Positions 12,301 through 27,300 of a DNA stretch of 64,000 nucleotides are shown here, one piece after another. A program made the position numbers and the translations under genes. The stretch lies in contig NW_026262582.1 in NCBI RefSeq assembly GCF_021869535.1, positions 33,542,001 through 33,606,000 of the forward strand, read 5' to 3'. The stretch's first letter is position 1; each line of letters starts with the position of its first letter. The DNA comes from Mytilus californianus. Its lineage: Eukaryota. The notes below the pieces were generated by a model. That model did no database searches, was not told the DNA's origin, and saw nothing but the letters and a program-made list of their open reading frames with translations.

Positions 12301-15300
12301 TGTTTTAGTTTTGTATGGTATTCATTTCTACCAGGTACATTTTACAACAAAGTAGACTGATTCTAGCTTTCATAAAAGACTTTGTCTTTTTATCTGTACA
12401 GGCTGAAAAACCTTCTGTGGTTTGAATATCTTATTAAAGGAAAAACTGTAAAGTTGATTTCTCAGCAATTTTCTTTGCATATTATATTATTAGTATAGTT
12501 ATTATATTTAAGAACTAATTCATGGGGGCTTGAATTTATACTGATTTTTCCACGGTTTGGTCCTTTATGCAAAATATTTTACCAAGAGCGATAGCGAGGG
12601 GTAAAATATTGGAATAAAGGACAAACCCGTGGTAAAATCAGTATAATTTCAAGCCCCGATGAACTATTTTTATCCTTATAAGACAAATACGGCAATTTTT
12701 TTCGATCAAAGCGCTCTAGGTGAAGGCAATTATTCGTTTTTTCGTTAATAAACATAAATTTATATTGACGTAAAAGAACGAAGCAAACTGAACTAGTGAC
12801 ATGCTGAAACTATTTGCAATAACGTATTTGATAGGATGCTATGAAAATGAATGATTATTTTACTTATATGTATAAGAAAATTGGCTAATAACACATTTTA
12901 TCATCGTTTGTTTTTGTTTTCTTGTCTTGATTACTTTCTGTTTCATAATCGTGCATCTTCCCGTAAAATGCCTGTATTCTTTCGTTTGCGACTGCACACT
13001 TATTCTACATTTGAAACAATGATTATCGACCAAAAATCTTATGATAAACGGATAACTGGGTAGATACCCCATTTCAATTCATGCAGAAGGAAACAAAAAG
13101 AAAAAAAATGAACTCAGTTCATTTATTTGTCTTCCAAATCTATAGACAATTAAAGAAAAAGATTTGGCGGAATTTTGTAAGCCAATTTGTGTGAACTGTT
13201 TTCCTCAAATGATATTACAGCTTAAGAAAAATTATGTCAATGAAGAAAAGCTGTTAACGTCTCTCTTCCCGATTAATGTAAATAATTTTTTCACACATAC
13301 ACTGTAAATTATATTGCTGTGTATACTATAACAATATCACAAGGTTATGGGAATAAAATGATTAGTTTATTCATTCATGACAAATTCAATCCACTTATAA
13401 AGGATGGGGTAATTATATAATTCATAGAATATGGAAAATATAAACGACTTTATGTAAACGTCTTGCCTTTGCAGACAGAAAATATGACATTTAATTGATA
13501 AAATATACTAACTATCCTTTCCTAGATTAAGATATTTCATTTTTTACAGGGGAATATTTTTATTTTCTTTTTGGGTGGTGATGTTCCCTTGACGCCATCT
13601 TACGCTGTTTATATATCACAACACATTCGCTATACCCATGTCTTTTTTGACCTTTTTGTTTTTAATGAACATAATCTATGTATTACTGGTATATTATTAA
13701 GTCAGAGATTTCGTTACCACAAATTAAGTAAAACCTTTACTTAATTCTTCCATACATATTAACATTTAGTTTTAAAGCATGGTAAAATTTGTAGAAAACT
13801 TATGTCAATCGGGATAAAAACTGATCGATTCTTTAAATAAGCTTATTCTAAAAGGTTACCAATTCAGCACTGTAATTAGTTCTTTCGATATTGCTTTTAT
13901 TGATATTAATATTGCTTTTGTTATCAGTAAATTCAAATCAAACTAAATATTATTGTTATTTAAATTTTGTTTTTATCATATGTACATTCATGGTAGTACA
14001 GTCCGTCGATAGTCATAGATGCAAGATTTTTTTTATTAGTTGTTAATAGCTTTGAAGTAGCAGTCAGTAACTGCGAGTACTCTCAGATCTGTAATTAGTG
14101 TCTTTTTGTTGTTGGGATGTACAAGTACCCGTCCACGTCCACTCTGTGTTTTTGTTCGATTTTTTTGTATTTCTTTCCATCTAATGAGTTAAGATTTTTT
14201 CAACAGATTTTTGTAGTTTGTTCTTATGTTGTATTGTTAAACCACTGTCCGAGGTTAGGGGAGGGTTGGAGCCTTCAAACTAGTTTAACCCTGCCACATT
14301 CTATATGTGCCTGTCCCAAGTCAGGAGCCTGTAATTGAGTGGTTGTCGTGTTTTGCTGTTTCTCATAGCTATTTGTTTAGTGTGTTGCATAGTCTGTTCA
14401 TGTGTTGTGCTGTTACACCACTGTCCCAGGCTAGGATGATGGTTGGTGCCTTTAAACTCGTTTAACCATGTAACATTCTGTTTGTGCCTGTTCCAAGTCA
14501 GGACCCTGTAATTCACTGGTTGTCGTTTGTTGCTGTGTTGCATATTTTGTTTTCGTTCATTATATTGTGCATTAACCAGGCCGTTATTTTTCTTGTTCTT
14601 TTTTTTTTTTTGTTTAACCTTCGTTATTTGGGGGCCTTTTACAGCTGACTATGTGGTATTTGCTTTGCTCTTTGTTGAAGGCCGTATGGTGACATATAGT
14701 TTTTAATTTCTGCGTCATTTGGTCTCTTTTGGAGATTTGTCTCATTATCAATCATACCACATCTTCGATTTTATAACTATAGATAGTGTTCAATTGATGT
14801 GTTTTGCCAGGAAAAACAATACAAATGAACACAAAATTGTCTCATTATAAAATACAGATATAGTGTAACACTGAAAGCAGTTTTCGTTTAATAAAAATGG
14901 TACCTCTTAACGATGTTGTTACGCTGATACTTTCTTCGTTTGCTGTTATAAGTTTTAGGCGTTCTTTTTCATTGCCTGAAAAAATATACTCACACATAGT
15001 CTAAATTTTTAAGAAAAATAGTTTACAACATGAATTTGGAGGGCGCGTAATTTTTTCTTTATCTGAATCAGCCTCGGAATGATATATTATGGACTATCGA
15101 ATGATATTTTATAAACTATTATTGAAAGGAACTATGCAGCTAAATACATTTGCAAAACATAACCAATTTGTGTTTTAATTTCGATTGATCCTTGTAGATC
15201 ATAGAGTCAAAAGAACGGAGCAAACTGAACTTGTGATATGCTAAAACTCTTTGCAGAACGTAATAGATAGGTTTTGATGAATTTGAATGATAATTTTACT

Positions 15301-18300
15301 TATATGTATAAAAAAATTGGCTAATAACACTTTTTATCATCGTTTGTTTATGTTTCCTTGTCTTGATGACTTTCGGTTTCACAATAGTGCATTTTCCCGT
15401 AAAATGCTTATATTCTTACGTCAGCGTTCAATGACGTCGGGCAGCTCAAACAAAAATAAGCATTTGACGTGGGAGTGTGATCGGAACAGCACAAACAATA
15501 TATTCATATTTTTCCACGGGTGTGTACTCAAAGCGTTTGAAGAACGTCATATTAAAATATTTATTTTACTTGTTTATTTCTCTTATCACTGCAGTATTCA
15601 TTTCGAATATTCTGTCATTCATGAATATTTTTTAAACACGAGTTGATAATTATGTTACTAAAATGAATTATCATGTGAAAATAAAAACGGCATTAATGAT
15701 ATACTCTCTAATGTTGTTCCCAGATTGTTTTTGTCTTCTGCTCTAGGTTGGCGAATGATTCCTTTTTGTTTTGAGACTAAAATATAGAGAAATCGAATGT
15801 TTCAAACGTATTATGTCATTGCAAAAGAATAGTTTTATGTATATGTACTACATACACTGTACTAAGCTATACACTTTAAAGAAATACAAACAAGCATTTT
15901 TGATTCAAGCTTCTCATCTAGAATACTGATATGTGTTAATTAAATAGAACAGTTATATGGACAGTTTGAGGAAAACAATTCACAGAATAGTTTTCTAAAG
16001 TTTCATTTTTTGTTTTACTAATAAAGATAAGAAGATGTGGTATGATTACCAATGAGACAACTCTCCACATGAAACCAAATGACACAGAAATTAGCAACTG
16101 TAGCTGATCGTACGGTAAATTAATTCATTTTAAAAACGTTGCTCTAAATTGTTTCAGCATTTTTAGTATAAACTGATGTAATAAAAATGTTCGAACAAAA
16201 TTGCTGAACTCTAAGGTAAATCCAAAAAGGGGAATTCCATACAAACTAATAATACATAACGTTTGAAACCACTGCTTTATTCCTGACTTGATACAGTCAT
16301 TTATCGAAGATTATATAAAATATCGGACAATAGTTGTAAATAGAACATGTGTCAAAAAAGATAGAGAAATTTTTAATTAAGAAAAATTAATGATTACGTG
16401 TATAGGATGTTTTTATCTATATAAAGACAGATGTCTATCGAGTGATGTTTCGTTTGGAAATTTCAGCGGGAAAATCTTTTATGAAATTTCTTTATAATAA
16501 ATATGATCAGGTTATTAAACTTTATTGGCCAATTATATCAATAACTATTAATTTTTTTTAAATCCACAAAAGGATCAAAAGACATGTACGTTTGCAATGT
16601 TGAAAACGATAAAAAGAAACTAAATATCAGATCACAGGAAAACTAGTTCTCATTCTAAAATAGACATTTTGTTAGATGGCATAAAGTGTCTGGAATGCTA
16701 TTTTACATTACAAAAATCAAAATTACATTGGCTTCAATACAGAATGGATCACTCAAAGAATATTGGGGAGGAATGAAGTTCGTTACCCAAGTTATGCAGA
16801 ACAATAGAATTAATGAACTTTCTTTATTGACTCAACGAAAACTATAGAATTCATATTTCAAGGATTATCTATAAAACTATATATACAGATAGTTTTAAAA
16901 AATTAAAGAATTATTCCCCCAAAAGAGGAGTAGGGCCATTGAGGCCTGAAGACAAATGAAACGATTTTCTTGTAATTTTAATGTTCATGAAATCATTCAA
17001 CCAATTCATGCACTTATAATTACTAAGTTTTAGATACCCCTCTTTTACGTTTAATACAAATCTTTAACTTATTATCGACAAATTATATATCATTCAGTGA
17101 TTGTTGATCGTTACCTTAGTAACTTTCGGGTTGAATGCCGAAGTGTACCGAATCATAAAATTATACAAATCAACAAATAAAAAATCAAACACAGAATTGT
17201 GGAGCACGTGGACATAAGTGAACGGACAGAGCAATGCTAACTCTATTGCAGTCATATTTGTCAATTAAACTTTTAATTAATAGCTGTTTATTTAATTTGT
17301 TCTTTTAAAATCAAATATTACTATTAACTTTTCAGTGCACGTTTGTTTTAATTCTCTCGTAAGGGGTTTTTCCCTCGTGTAAGCGCTGTGCAGTGGCCGA
17401 AAGTCTAACTAATAGAAGAGGTAACTGCAAACAGGAAACTCTTTGTGAATTAGACTATAGGAGGACAGTAATTCAAACAAAAGCATTACATTTCTAAGGA
17501 TTTTAATAGAATAATGGATATTCTTTTGAAAGAACGTTTAAGTACACTTAGCCATCGAAGTATATAAAACTTATTCTACTTGTTTTCTAATTAATTTGAA
17601 GTATTATATGACTTTAATTTAACTATATGCAGAAAACTCTAATTATAGACTTGAATATGCAAATTTAGATTGAATAGACCTTTTTTCTGTCTGGGTTGAT
17701 GCGATTGATGGTGGAGGTTTCAACCCAAGGGTATAACCACCTCCAGTAGTCAGCATTTTTATGTTGATACGAATTATCATTGATATTGTCATATTTTATA
17801 TTAATAATTCAAAATGAAATCGAGGTAGCAAATAAATGAAAATAGCTTGGATTAATATTTCATTTTATGTCCCAGAAAAAGCTACAAAGCAATGTATTGG
17901 TTATTACAAAAAGAAACAATATATCTTTGAAATGTCAGTTAAATATGTTCGACAAAACTATTTTACAGATACATGTATTCTTGTATGATTGTTATATTTG
18001 GAATTTTGAAAACCTGGAGTTACTCAAACGAGTTCATTCGCGACTGCAAACTTATTCTTCATTTGAAACAATCGACCTCAAATTTTATGATAAACGGATA
18101 GCTGGGTCGATACCCCATTTCAATTCATGCAGAAGGAAAAAAAAATGAACTAATTTTATTTATTTTGTCTTCCAAATCTATAGACAATTAAAGAAAAAGT
18201 ATATTAGGCGGAATTTTGTAAGCAAATTTGTGTGTAAACTGTTTTCCCCAAATGATATTACAGTTTAAGAAAAAAATTATGTCCACGAAGAAAACTGTTA

Positions 18301-21300
18301 ACGTTAAACTCTCTCCTCCTGGTTAATGTATATCATTATTTCACACATACTCTGTAAATATGGATGTGTACACTGTAACAATTTCGCAAGGTTATGGTAA
18401 TTCAGTCAATCATTTATTCATTCATGACAACTTTAATCCGCTTAAAAAGGATGAGGTAATTATATAATTTATAAAATATGGAAAATATAAACAACTATAT
18501 GTATTTGTCTTCTCTTTGCAGACAAAACAAATTGTATTCAATTGATAAATTCAACAACACTTAACGTTATCTTTATCCACTTTCTAAATATACTGCCGAC
18601 ATTTACCCAAAGGAACTTCCTTTAGAAAATCAAATATAAACTATACTAACTATCCTTTCCTAGATTTAGATATTTCAGTTTTACATGGGAATATTTATTG
18701 TTTTTTCCTTTTTTTATGGTGATGTTCCTTTGGCATCATCTAACGGTGTTTACATATCAGAACTCGTTTGATATCCCCATGTCTGTTGTGACGTTTTGGA
18801 TTTTAATGAACATAATCTTTGTATTATTTGTAAATTATTAAGTCAGAGATTTCGTGACCACAAATATTTTAAAACCTTTACTTAATTCTTCCATAGATTT
18901 AAAGATTAAGTTTTGAAGCTTGGCTGTACTTGTAGAAAATTTATTTCAATCGGGATAGCACATCCTCATTTTTACAGAGATGTTGTTAAACGAGTCCTGA
19001 AATTTAGAAACGATCCGTGAAAACTTATCGATCCTTTCTTTAATCTTATTCTAAAAGGTTACAAGTTCAACACTGTAATTAGATCTTTCAATGTTGCTTT
19101 TATTGGTATAAATATTGATCTGGTTATCAGTAAAATTAAAATCAAACTAACTATTATTGTTGTATACATCTGCACATTCATGGAAGTACAGTCTGCCGAT
19201 AGTCTTAAAAGCATGATTTTGTATTGGTTATTAATGGCTTTGAACTAGCAGTCAATAACTGCGAGTACTCTCAGATCTGTAATGAGTGTTTTTTTTTTGT
19301 TTTTTTTTATGGTGGGGGATGTACATGTACCAGTGTACGTCCACTCTGTGTTTTTGTTAGATGTTTTTGTATTTTTATCCATCTGATGAGTTAATCTTTT
19401 TTCAACTGATTTTGATAGTTTGTTCTTATGTTGCACTGTTAAACCACTGTCCGAGGTTAGGAGAGGGTTGGTGCCGTCAAACTAGTTTAACCCGTCCTCA
19501 TTCTATATGTGCCTTTCCCAAGTCAGGAGCCTGTAATTTAGTAGTTGTCGTGTTTTGATGTTTCTCATACCCATTCGTTTATTGTGTTGCATAGTATGTT
19601 CCTGTGGTGTGCTGTTACACCACTGTCCCAGGTTAGGGTGAGGGTTGGCGCCTTTAAACTAGTTTAACGCAGCCACATTCTGGACGCTGTAACTCAGTGG
19701 TTGTCGTTTGTTGCTGTGTTGAATATTTGTTTTTCGTTCAATATTTTGTACATAAATTAGGCCGTTTTTTTTATTGTTTTCTTGTTTAACATTTGTCATT
19801 TGGGGGCCTTTTACAGCTGACTATGCGGTATGGGCTTTGCTGTTTTGTTGAAGGCCGTATGGTGACACATTGTTGTTAATTTCTGTGTCATTTGGTCTCT
19901 TTTGGAGAGTTGTCTCATAACCAATCATTCCACATATTCTTTTTTATAACTATGGATAGTATTAAATTAGTACATGTGTTTTTTTGCCAGGAATGAACAC
20001 AAAATTGTCTCATTATAAAATACAGATACAGTGTAACATTTAAAGCATTTTTCGTTTAATAAAAATGGTACCTCTTAACGATGTTGTTACGCTGATACTT
20101 TCTTCGTTTGCTGTTAAAAGTTTTAGGTGTTCTTTTTCATGGTCTGAAAAAAATATAATCACACATAGTCTAAATTTTAAATAAAAATGGTTTACAAAAT
20201 GAATTTAGAGGACACGTAATTTTTTTCTGTATCTGAATCAGCCTCGGAATGATAAATTATCGTCTATCGAATGATATTTTAGTAACTATTGTTGGTAGGA
20301 AATATGCAGCAAAAAAAAAAAAAAACAATTTGTGTTTAAATTTCAATGTATCGTTGTATATTCTAGAGTCACTCGTAAGCCATACATTTATTTCAAACTT
20401 TTCGGTTTGACTAAGGTTGCGTGTTAGTAAATTGAAGGGAACAGTCTATTAACTATGTTCAAATCTTTTTAAAAATATTCTGGAAGATACAGCATGTACA
20501 GGCCAAGATCAAATAAACAATAAGGGACTCGAATGAACCCAAAAGAAGAGACGGAGGGTTTGTCGGCATGAAAAGCGTCTTTTTCAACGCATGCATCACC
20601 CACCATGCAAATCACAATCCAGATTACCTGGGTTTTTTTCATTATTGTTCATTTGATATTTATAAGTTTGTCATATGGTTCAATTATATAATATGGATAA
20701 AAAAAAAACTGCTATATGTATTTTTCTTGCTATTGAAGATAATACTAACGACTTATTACCGTAATCGTAGCTTATCATTATAAACACATTACAAAGTAAC
20801 ATTTTGGTTTCTCATGATAAATGTATTTGAAGCAAAATATTTACAGTACTTTCCATCAAATGAAAATGGTAAGGAAAATGTTTTATTACCTTTACAATTG
20901 TCATCTCCCCTTGCTGAAATACATATAATCATTATTATATTAAACATATTTTAAATTAAGACGTAAATTGCTTATAACATACATTTGTCATATACGTACT
21001 CAATGAAAGAAAGAAATAAAGATAGTGCGCCAATTTATGTTTCTCTATCTGAATAAAGCTTGGAATGATAAATGATTTAAGTGGATAAGGATCCCTAAAG
21101 TTGTTGTAAAGTACCTTCTGCCATTTTATACACAACTCTTTGTTAATTTTAATGAAGTCAGGTATCTTGCATAAAAGAACAATACTGTTTAGGCAGACTA
21201 TATTTATTCTTCAATAACCCACGCATATCTTTTATGATAAATTAATCCATTAGTTCCATTAATATATCCTCCCGAATTAGAAATGAAAGAAACAACAGTC

Positions 21301-24300
21301 ACGGCTTCCTCTGCCCAATTTTTACACTTTTATCTCGAATTTGACACCATTAATCATCTCAGTACCAGAATCTATGACAAACAAACGAAACTATTTTAAT
21401 TTTGAAATTATAAGTTTTCCTCATCTTAGCAACAATATGCCAACTTCACCTGCATATGAGATATACATTTCCTAACACATTCGGTATTCAAGAGCTTGCA
21501 CCAGCTACGCAGCGTCACCGGTGTCTGATCAGAAAGTCGATGAATCAGGGTTATGTCAAAGAACGTCTCGTGCTTTTTCTAAACAAAGTCATCGGAAGAT
21601 ACCAAGACCGAAGCCTTGTTGATAAATATTCCGTATCAACTTCACAAAATAGTTAGTGATGGTACATTGAAGCATAGATTCTATGTAAAGACGTTGTTTA
21701 TCATCTAAATCACGTGTTATAGTGTTCTTCTTATTTGTCTTTGTATATATTAACCTTTATTGTTTAGTGCATTTTTGGTATACCCTTTTGCCGTGGCTAG
21801 GTATTCATATATCCCGCCATTATGCTATTGTGCTATGGTCATTTTTGTATTATTGTCTTTCATTTTTTTCTGATTTACTTTGTCTATAAAGTGTTTTTCT
21901 TTGTTGGAATAGTTATTTGATTTTATACTGATTAAGACTATATTGACTGATGAACCCCAACTGTTGACATTTCTACCTATTATGTCTGTTTGTTTTGCTC
22001 ACAAATTATGGTCAATAAAATGGAAAGCTAAATTACTGTCATACAAGTGAGAGATTTAACTACCTATAAGAACAGGTTTAATCCACCATTTTTTTACATA
22101 AAAAATGCCTGTACCAAGTCAGGAATATGACAGTTATTTTCCAATTGATTGATGTGGAGAATGGTCGTGAAATTAATTTTTAACATACCTTCTGCCATTT
22201 TATACTAAACGCTTTGAAATATCTCGAATGAAGTCAGGTATCCTACATAATAGAAAAAATAATTTTTAGAAGACAATAATTATTCTTCAACAACACGTAC
22301 ATGACTATCTTTTTATATCTAAAATAGACAGATGTTATCGTTGCGTAATTATTCAGAACGTTATGTATAAACACATCTAGGACAATGTCAGTGTAGCAGG
22401 AATGATATTTTGAATACCTAACGCTTTAAAATCTAAATCGGCGAGGACATATGAAAGTACAATATGAAACGCACAAAAACTAAATAATTGACGAACAATA
22501 GATGACCAGATGTATGCCGCATAACGAACAGAACACCTCGTAACTGAAGTTTTAATCCTGCCCAGTGTTCGAAGAGATTGATATGCATCCTAACTTATTT
22601 TCAGTATATGTTGTCAATTTGAGCTAATTGACATTACAACTAAATAACATAAAACAAAATTTAACGAAAAAGATAACTGAAATCGAGTATTCCCCTTATC
22701 CAAGCTTTAACAAATTTTCACAGATTTATGGTTATTTGTCTCATTAGAGATATAAAATGTCATCCGTCTGCAACACTAAATGCCTTTTTGACGTACTTAC
22801 ATTTCATATTGACGCTTCTGTATCAAAGATTGGTCTCTTGGGACTATGAAAATGTCATTTTTATTGAAAACCTTGAAGGTCGACAGGAAAAAATACAAAT
22901 GTAGATGGAAACCTGTGATTTAATTGAAACTTGAAGTTATTTATAATTTGAAACCCACAACAATCTCAGATGTTCCTTATATATACATAAACTCATTATA
23001 TACACCAATATTGAAATTCAAGACGCCAGACGCGTGTTTCGTAAAAAAGACATTATTTGAAATGAATTTGCATTAAAAAGGAACACCTATCAACCTATGT
23101 GAAAGGCAGAAAAATTATACTTACGCAAAAAAATACAAACACTTCTTAATAATTGCAATCAGTTAACAAAAATGACAACAGATCTTTGTCTAGCTCAGTT
23201 CGTGTATGTAACCTTGGTTGAATTATGAGAATTTAACATCAGGTAGCCTATATTTTGAAGTTTTGTAAAAGGACCGTTTACCATATTTAGGTTATCAAGT
23301 TTAAATTTCTATGATGTAAACTTAAAACACAAATCGGTTCACTTAAAATTAAATTTGAAAAAAGAATACTTACCAAAACAATCTTTATGTTACTGCGAAT
23401 TATGGAAACGTGATAGTTGGCACTGAGAATTTCTGATGGAAAATAGCCAAGAAGGTAAACTTGAAAATATTTTGGTTGTCTACTAATTTTTATGTAGTCT
23501 ATCTATTTTGTTATTGATTTGAATTGATAAAGGTGTTTTAAAAGTGTGTTGTTATCTGAGATAATATTTACATATTGCATGTAATATGTCTTATTATTTG
23601 ATTTAAAATCATCTGCTAAGGTTTGCACTGTGGTATAAGCATATTTTATATCATTCGTAGTAGAGAACGACTCTCGGTGTAATAACAAATTTGCTTTAAA
23701 TAATTCTGATAATTCTGGCTGTAAATTATTCATTATCTAATATCACATTCAAATTCTGGTTAATAACGAATAAATATTAATGGACAATACAAACAACCCT
23801 GCTTGTTAACAGAATAAAAGGCTGAATAAAATACTGAGTGAAGTAGTATTTCCTTTAGTTTCTTAAAGAAAGGTGGGGAGATACCAAAGGGACATTGAAA
23901 TTCATAAGTCGAAAATAAACTGACAACGTCATGGCAAAAAAAGAAGAAAAAAAAAAACAAACAGACAAACAAACACATCACCAAACACAAGATAGAGAAC
24001 CAAAAAAAAACTGAGCAACACGAACCCCGCAAAAAACTGGGGGTGATCTCCGATTATCCGGAATGGTCAGTAGATCCTGCTGCACATAAGGCACCAGTCT
24101 AACTTCATCATTCCGTATGAAAAAGACGAACAAAATGAGTATATGATTTTCTAGCTTCCTAGCCAGATATCTTATCTACCACCATCCATAGTAGACTCTG
24201 GAACTCCAGCAAGAGATAGCCATTTGTATGTTCGTGCAGTAACTTTATTTTGTTATTGCAAAAGATTCTTAGCATTGCAAGATCATGTCTACTAATTAAT

Positions 24301-27300
24301 AAAGACGATATTGATGGTCAATATGATTGAACATGTAATTGAACAGTAAATTCATTATTTTATATAGAAACGTCAAAATATTTTGTTTCAACTCAAATTT
24401 AAAAATAGATGAATTCTTTGGAATCATATAACTAGGTTTAATAAAACCGTTTCTCCTTGGAAAAATCTTGTATCACTTCGAAATGTAATTTGTTGGCTTA
24501 ATTGTTTGGACAATATATTTGAGATTAGTTCTTTAAATTTAGCATCAACCATGAATACAAAATTTACACATACACACTTACACACACGACACATGGTTTT
24601 GTTACGAAAACTTAGCTTCATATGAATTGAAAGCGAGGACGCACAGGAGGATTATGTTAGTATAGGTGAACTATGAATTAAATGGAAAACGAATCTAAAT
24701 TTTCTATTCTCGAAAATTAATAGTCTTCAATCCACGAAAAGTGGTACTAAGGTATTGGATCTACTGTTATTTTAAAGTAAAATTTAAAAACTTTGCGAGA
24801 CAAAATTCCTGACTTGTTTTTCATGTTCATGTCAAATTCGTAGTACATCAAAAATAAGTCCATTTTGACAGTTCAATAAATGGGCTCACTAGCGTTATTG
24901 TTCGCAATGGGATATGCAAATTGTTTGAGAATCACGACAGAGAAATTAAGACAAACATACTAATGCTTTGAATTTCTAATTTGTAAACTAAAACAATCAT
25001 ACCCTTTTAACAGGCTAGCCGCATTGAATTCATCTTTGTTTTATGTTCCAAAAGCGCCAAGTCATGCAGAAAAGTATAGATTTCTAGAAAAAGTTATAAT
25101 TTGTGAAAACATATGTCCTATGTTTTTTTAATTGGCAGATACCGATTATGCTGCATCAGATGTACATTGCAAAATGTCACCTTAGTAAATAATGCTTTTA
25201 TCAATCGAACACAACATGCACAAGTTGGAACAAACTAACAAGGATTGATTGAAAAACTGAAATGATTACAAATTGGGTCAAACCGGGACATACGATCAGA
25301 ACTATGCATAAAAAAAACAAACGTCCACAGTTCAAATGATGTTCATAAATCGTAAAACCAGACTATCAGAACTAATCAGATAAGATTTTTGTATTGTAAC
25401 GATTTTTAAAAAAAAAATAACTATTAATAAAATGTAATGGTATAATATATTTTGCATACAGGAAATTCCACATGCTGGAAAAGTACTTTTATAACTGCGT
25501 AAATTATTTAGAAAAAAATCGGCATTGATGAAGACAAATCTCTAATCAGGGTTGATGTTGAGCCCGTTTTGTAAAGAATCAAATGTCTACCTTCAGTTCG
25601 ATTTACAGTTAGAATATTTATCAATTGTTTATCATTAAGAACTATCTTCAAAGATATTTTGTTTACAAGGTTTTGATGCAAATGAATGACTTAGCAAACT
25701 AATCTTTCTTTTACTGGTTACGAAACCTAACTTTCTATCTTCTTACGAAGAACTGCTGGTCTTTACTTAGAATTGCCTAAGGAAATAAAATGGCAAACAT
25801 CCATCAATTTTCTACTGATAATATTTTCGTTGTGTACAGGTTTGTATATATATGTTTATTGATTTTGAATCAGAGGTGTCTTATTTGGTTTTTGTATTCA
25901 GATATAATATTGTTTAATGTATATAACTATAACAAGTATCAACTCTACAAAATCATTGACGTTTCAGATGGGAGCATATTTTGAAAACTTAATGTTTTAT
26001 CATATGTATTTTTATCATAGTTCAACGGGCCTAAAAATTGATATTGATGGTCAATGTCATCGAACTTGTCATGGAACATTTATTTCACTATTCTATGTAG
26101 AAACGTCAAAATATTTTGTTTAAACTCAAATTGAAAAATAGATCAATTCTTTGGAATCATGTAACTCGGTTTAATACAACGTTTTCTTCTTTGAAAATCT
26201 TGTAACATTCTTTAAAGACATGTGTTGGCGATATATTTGAGAATGGTTCTTTAAATTTACCATCAATGCTCAATAAGAAATTTACACATACACACTAGCA
26301 AACACGGCATATAGTCTCGTTATGAAAAATTCGCTTCATTTAACAGAATTACGTTTTACTCCTTGTGCACAAAATATGATCCCAAAACATTCGAACATCA
26401 ACTTCTAATAAGAATCCCATGTCGAGTAAAATCTGTAAGAAATATTTTCATAATGATAAATGTAACCACAAAATTGCTGAAAAATTCAAGGCAAAACTGT
26501 TATACATATAAGACGACATGTGATAAAATCTTAGAAATGTATTAAGAACATACATACTAGTATATAAATCAATGTAAAAACAAAAATTATGGGAATTGCG
26601 TAAACTTGATAAGGAGTGATAAAGTGTTCGTCGATAGTTTAACTGTCTCCTGCAATGGGAACCCAAACTCAGTAAAAATGTAACAAATGAGAATAGAACC
26701 AATCGATAAATCGAATATTCCGGAATCTAAAGATCTAAGACAACAATAATATATCAATTTCGATAATAAAGTGGAACGCAGACACATCGAATCGATCAAC
26801 CAATTTGGTATGGTGATCGCTAACAGTATGAAGTGTTGCTTTTAATCGATTTACCTCATAACTCTGTTGAAGTAGTTTTAATATAAGGAGAATCCTCCTT
26901 TAAATGAAGTGCATATAGTATGAACATGCAAAGAGTATTAACTAAAATATGTAAACGGAAAACGCAGACGCTATGTTGCTTCTGTGAAACGGGAAATTGA
27001 TTATGGAAAGTTGAAATCATCACTTTTGAAGACGTCCAATTATGTCAAAATTGGGGAAATGATAAAAAATATTGAGCAGATCTCCTAATACGGTAGTATT
27101 TTTAATCCCAACTTCAATGGGATATACAAATGATAAATGTCGTGGATTTCGTTAGTACAGGTAAATAAAGAATTAAATCTTCAACGAGTTTTAATTTTCT
27201 ATTACCGAAAGCACAATTTTATCTTCAGACCACGAAAATTGGTACTCAGGGAACTGGATTCATAGTAACTTGAAGGCAAAATTTGAGATCTTTGCAATAA

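Larger units (their letters stand above)
12770..20371. repeat. Tandem segmental duplication: copy 1 at 12770-15206; copy 2 at 15207-15420 plus 18037-20371, with a 2.6-kb insertion
   Basis: 12770-12975 matches 15207-15420 and 12975-15206 matches 18037-20371. The junction ttctttcgtttgcgactgc of copy 1 is recreated when 15421-18036 is removed. Confidence 0.85.
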
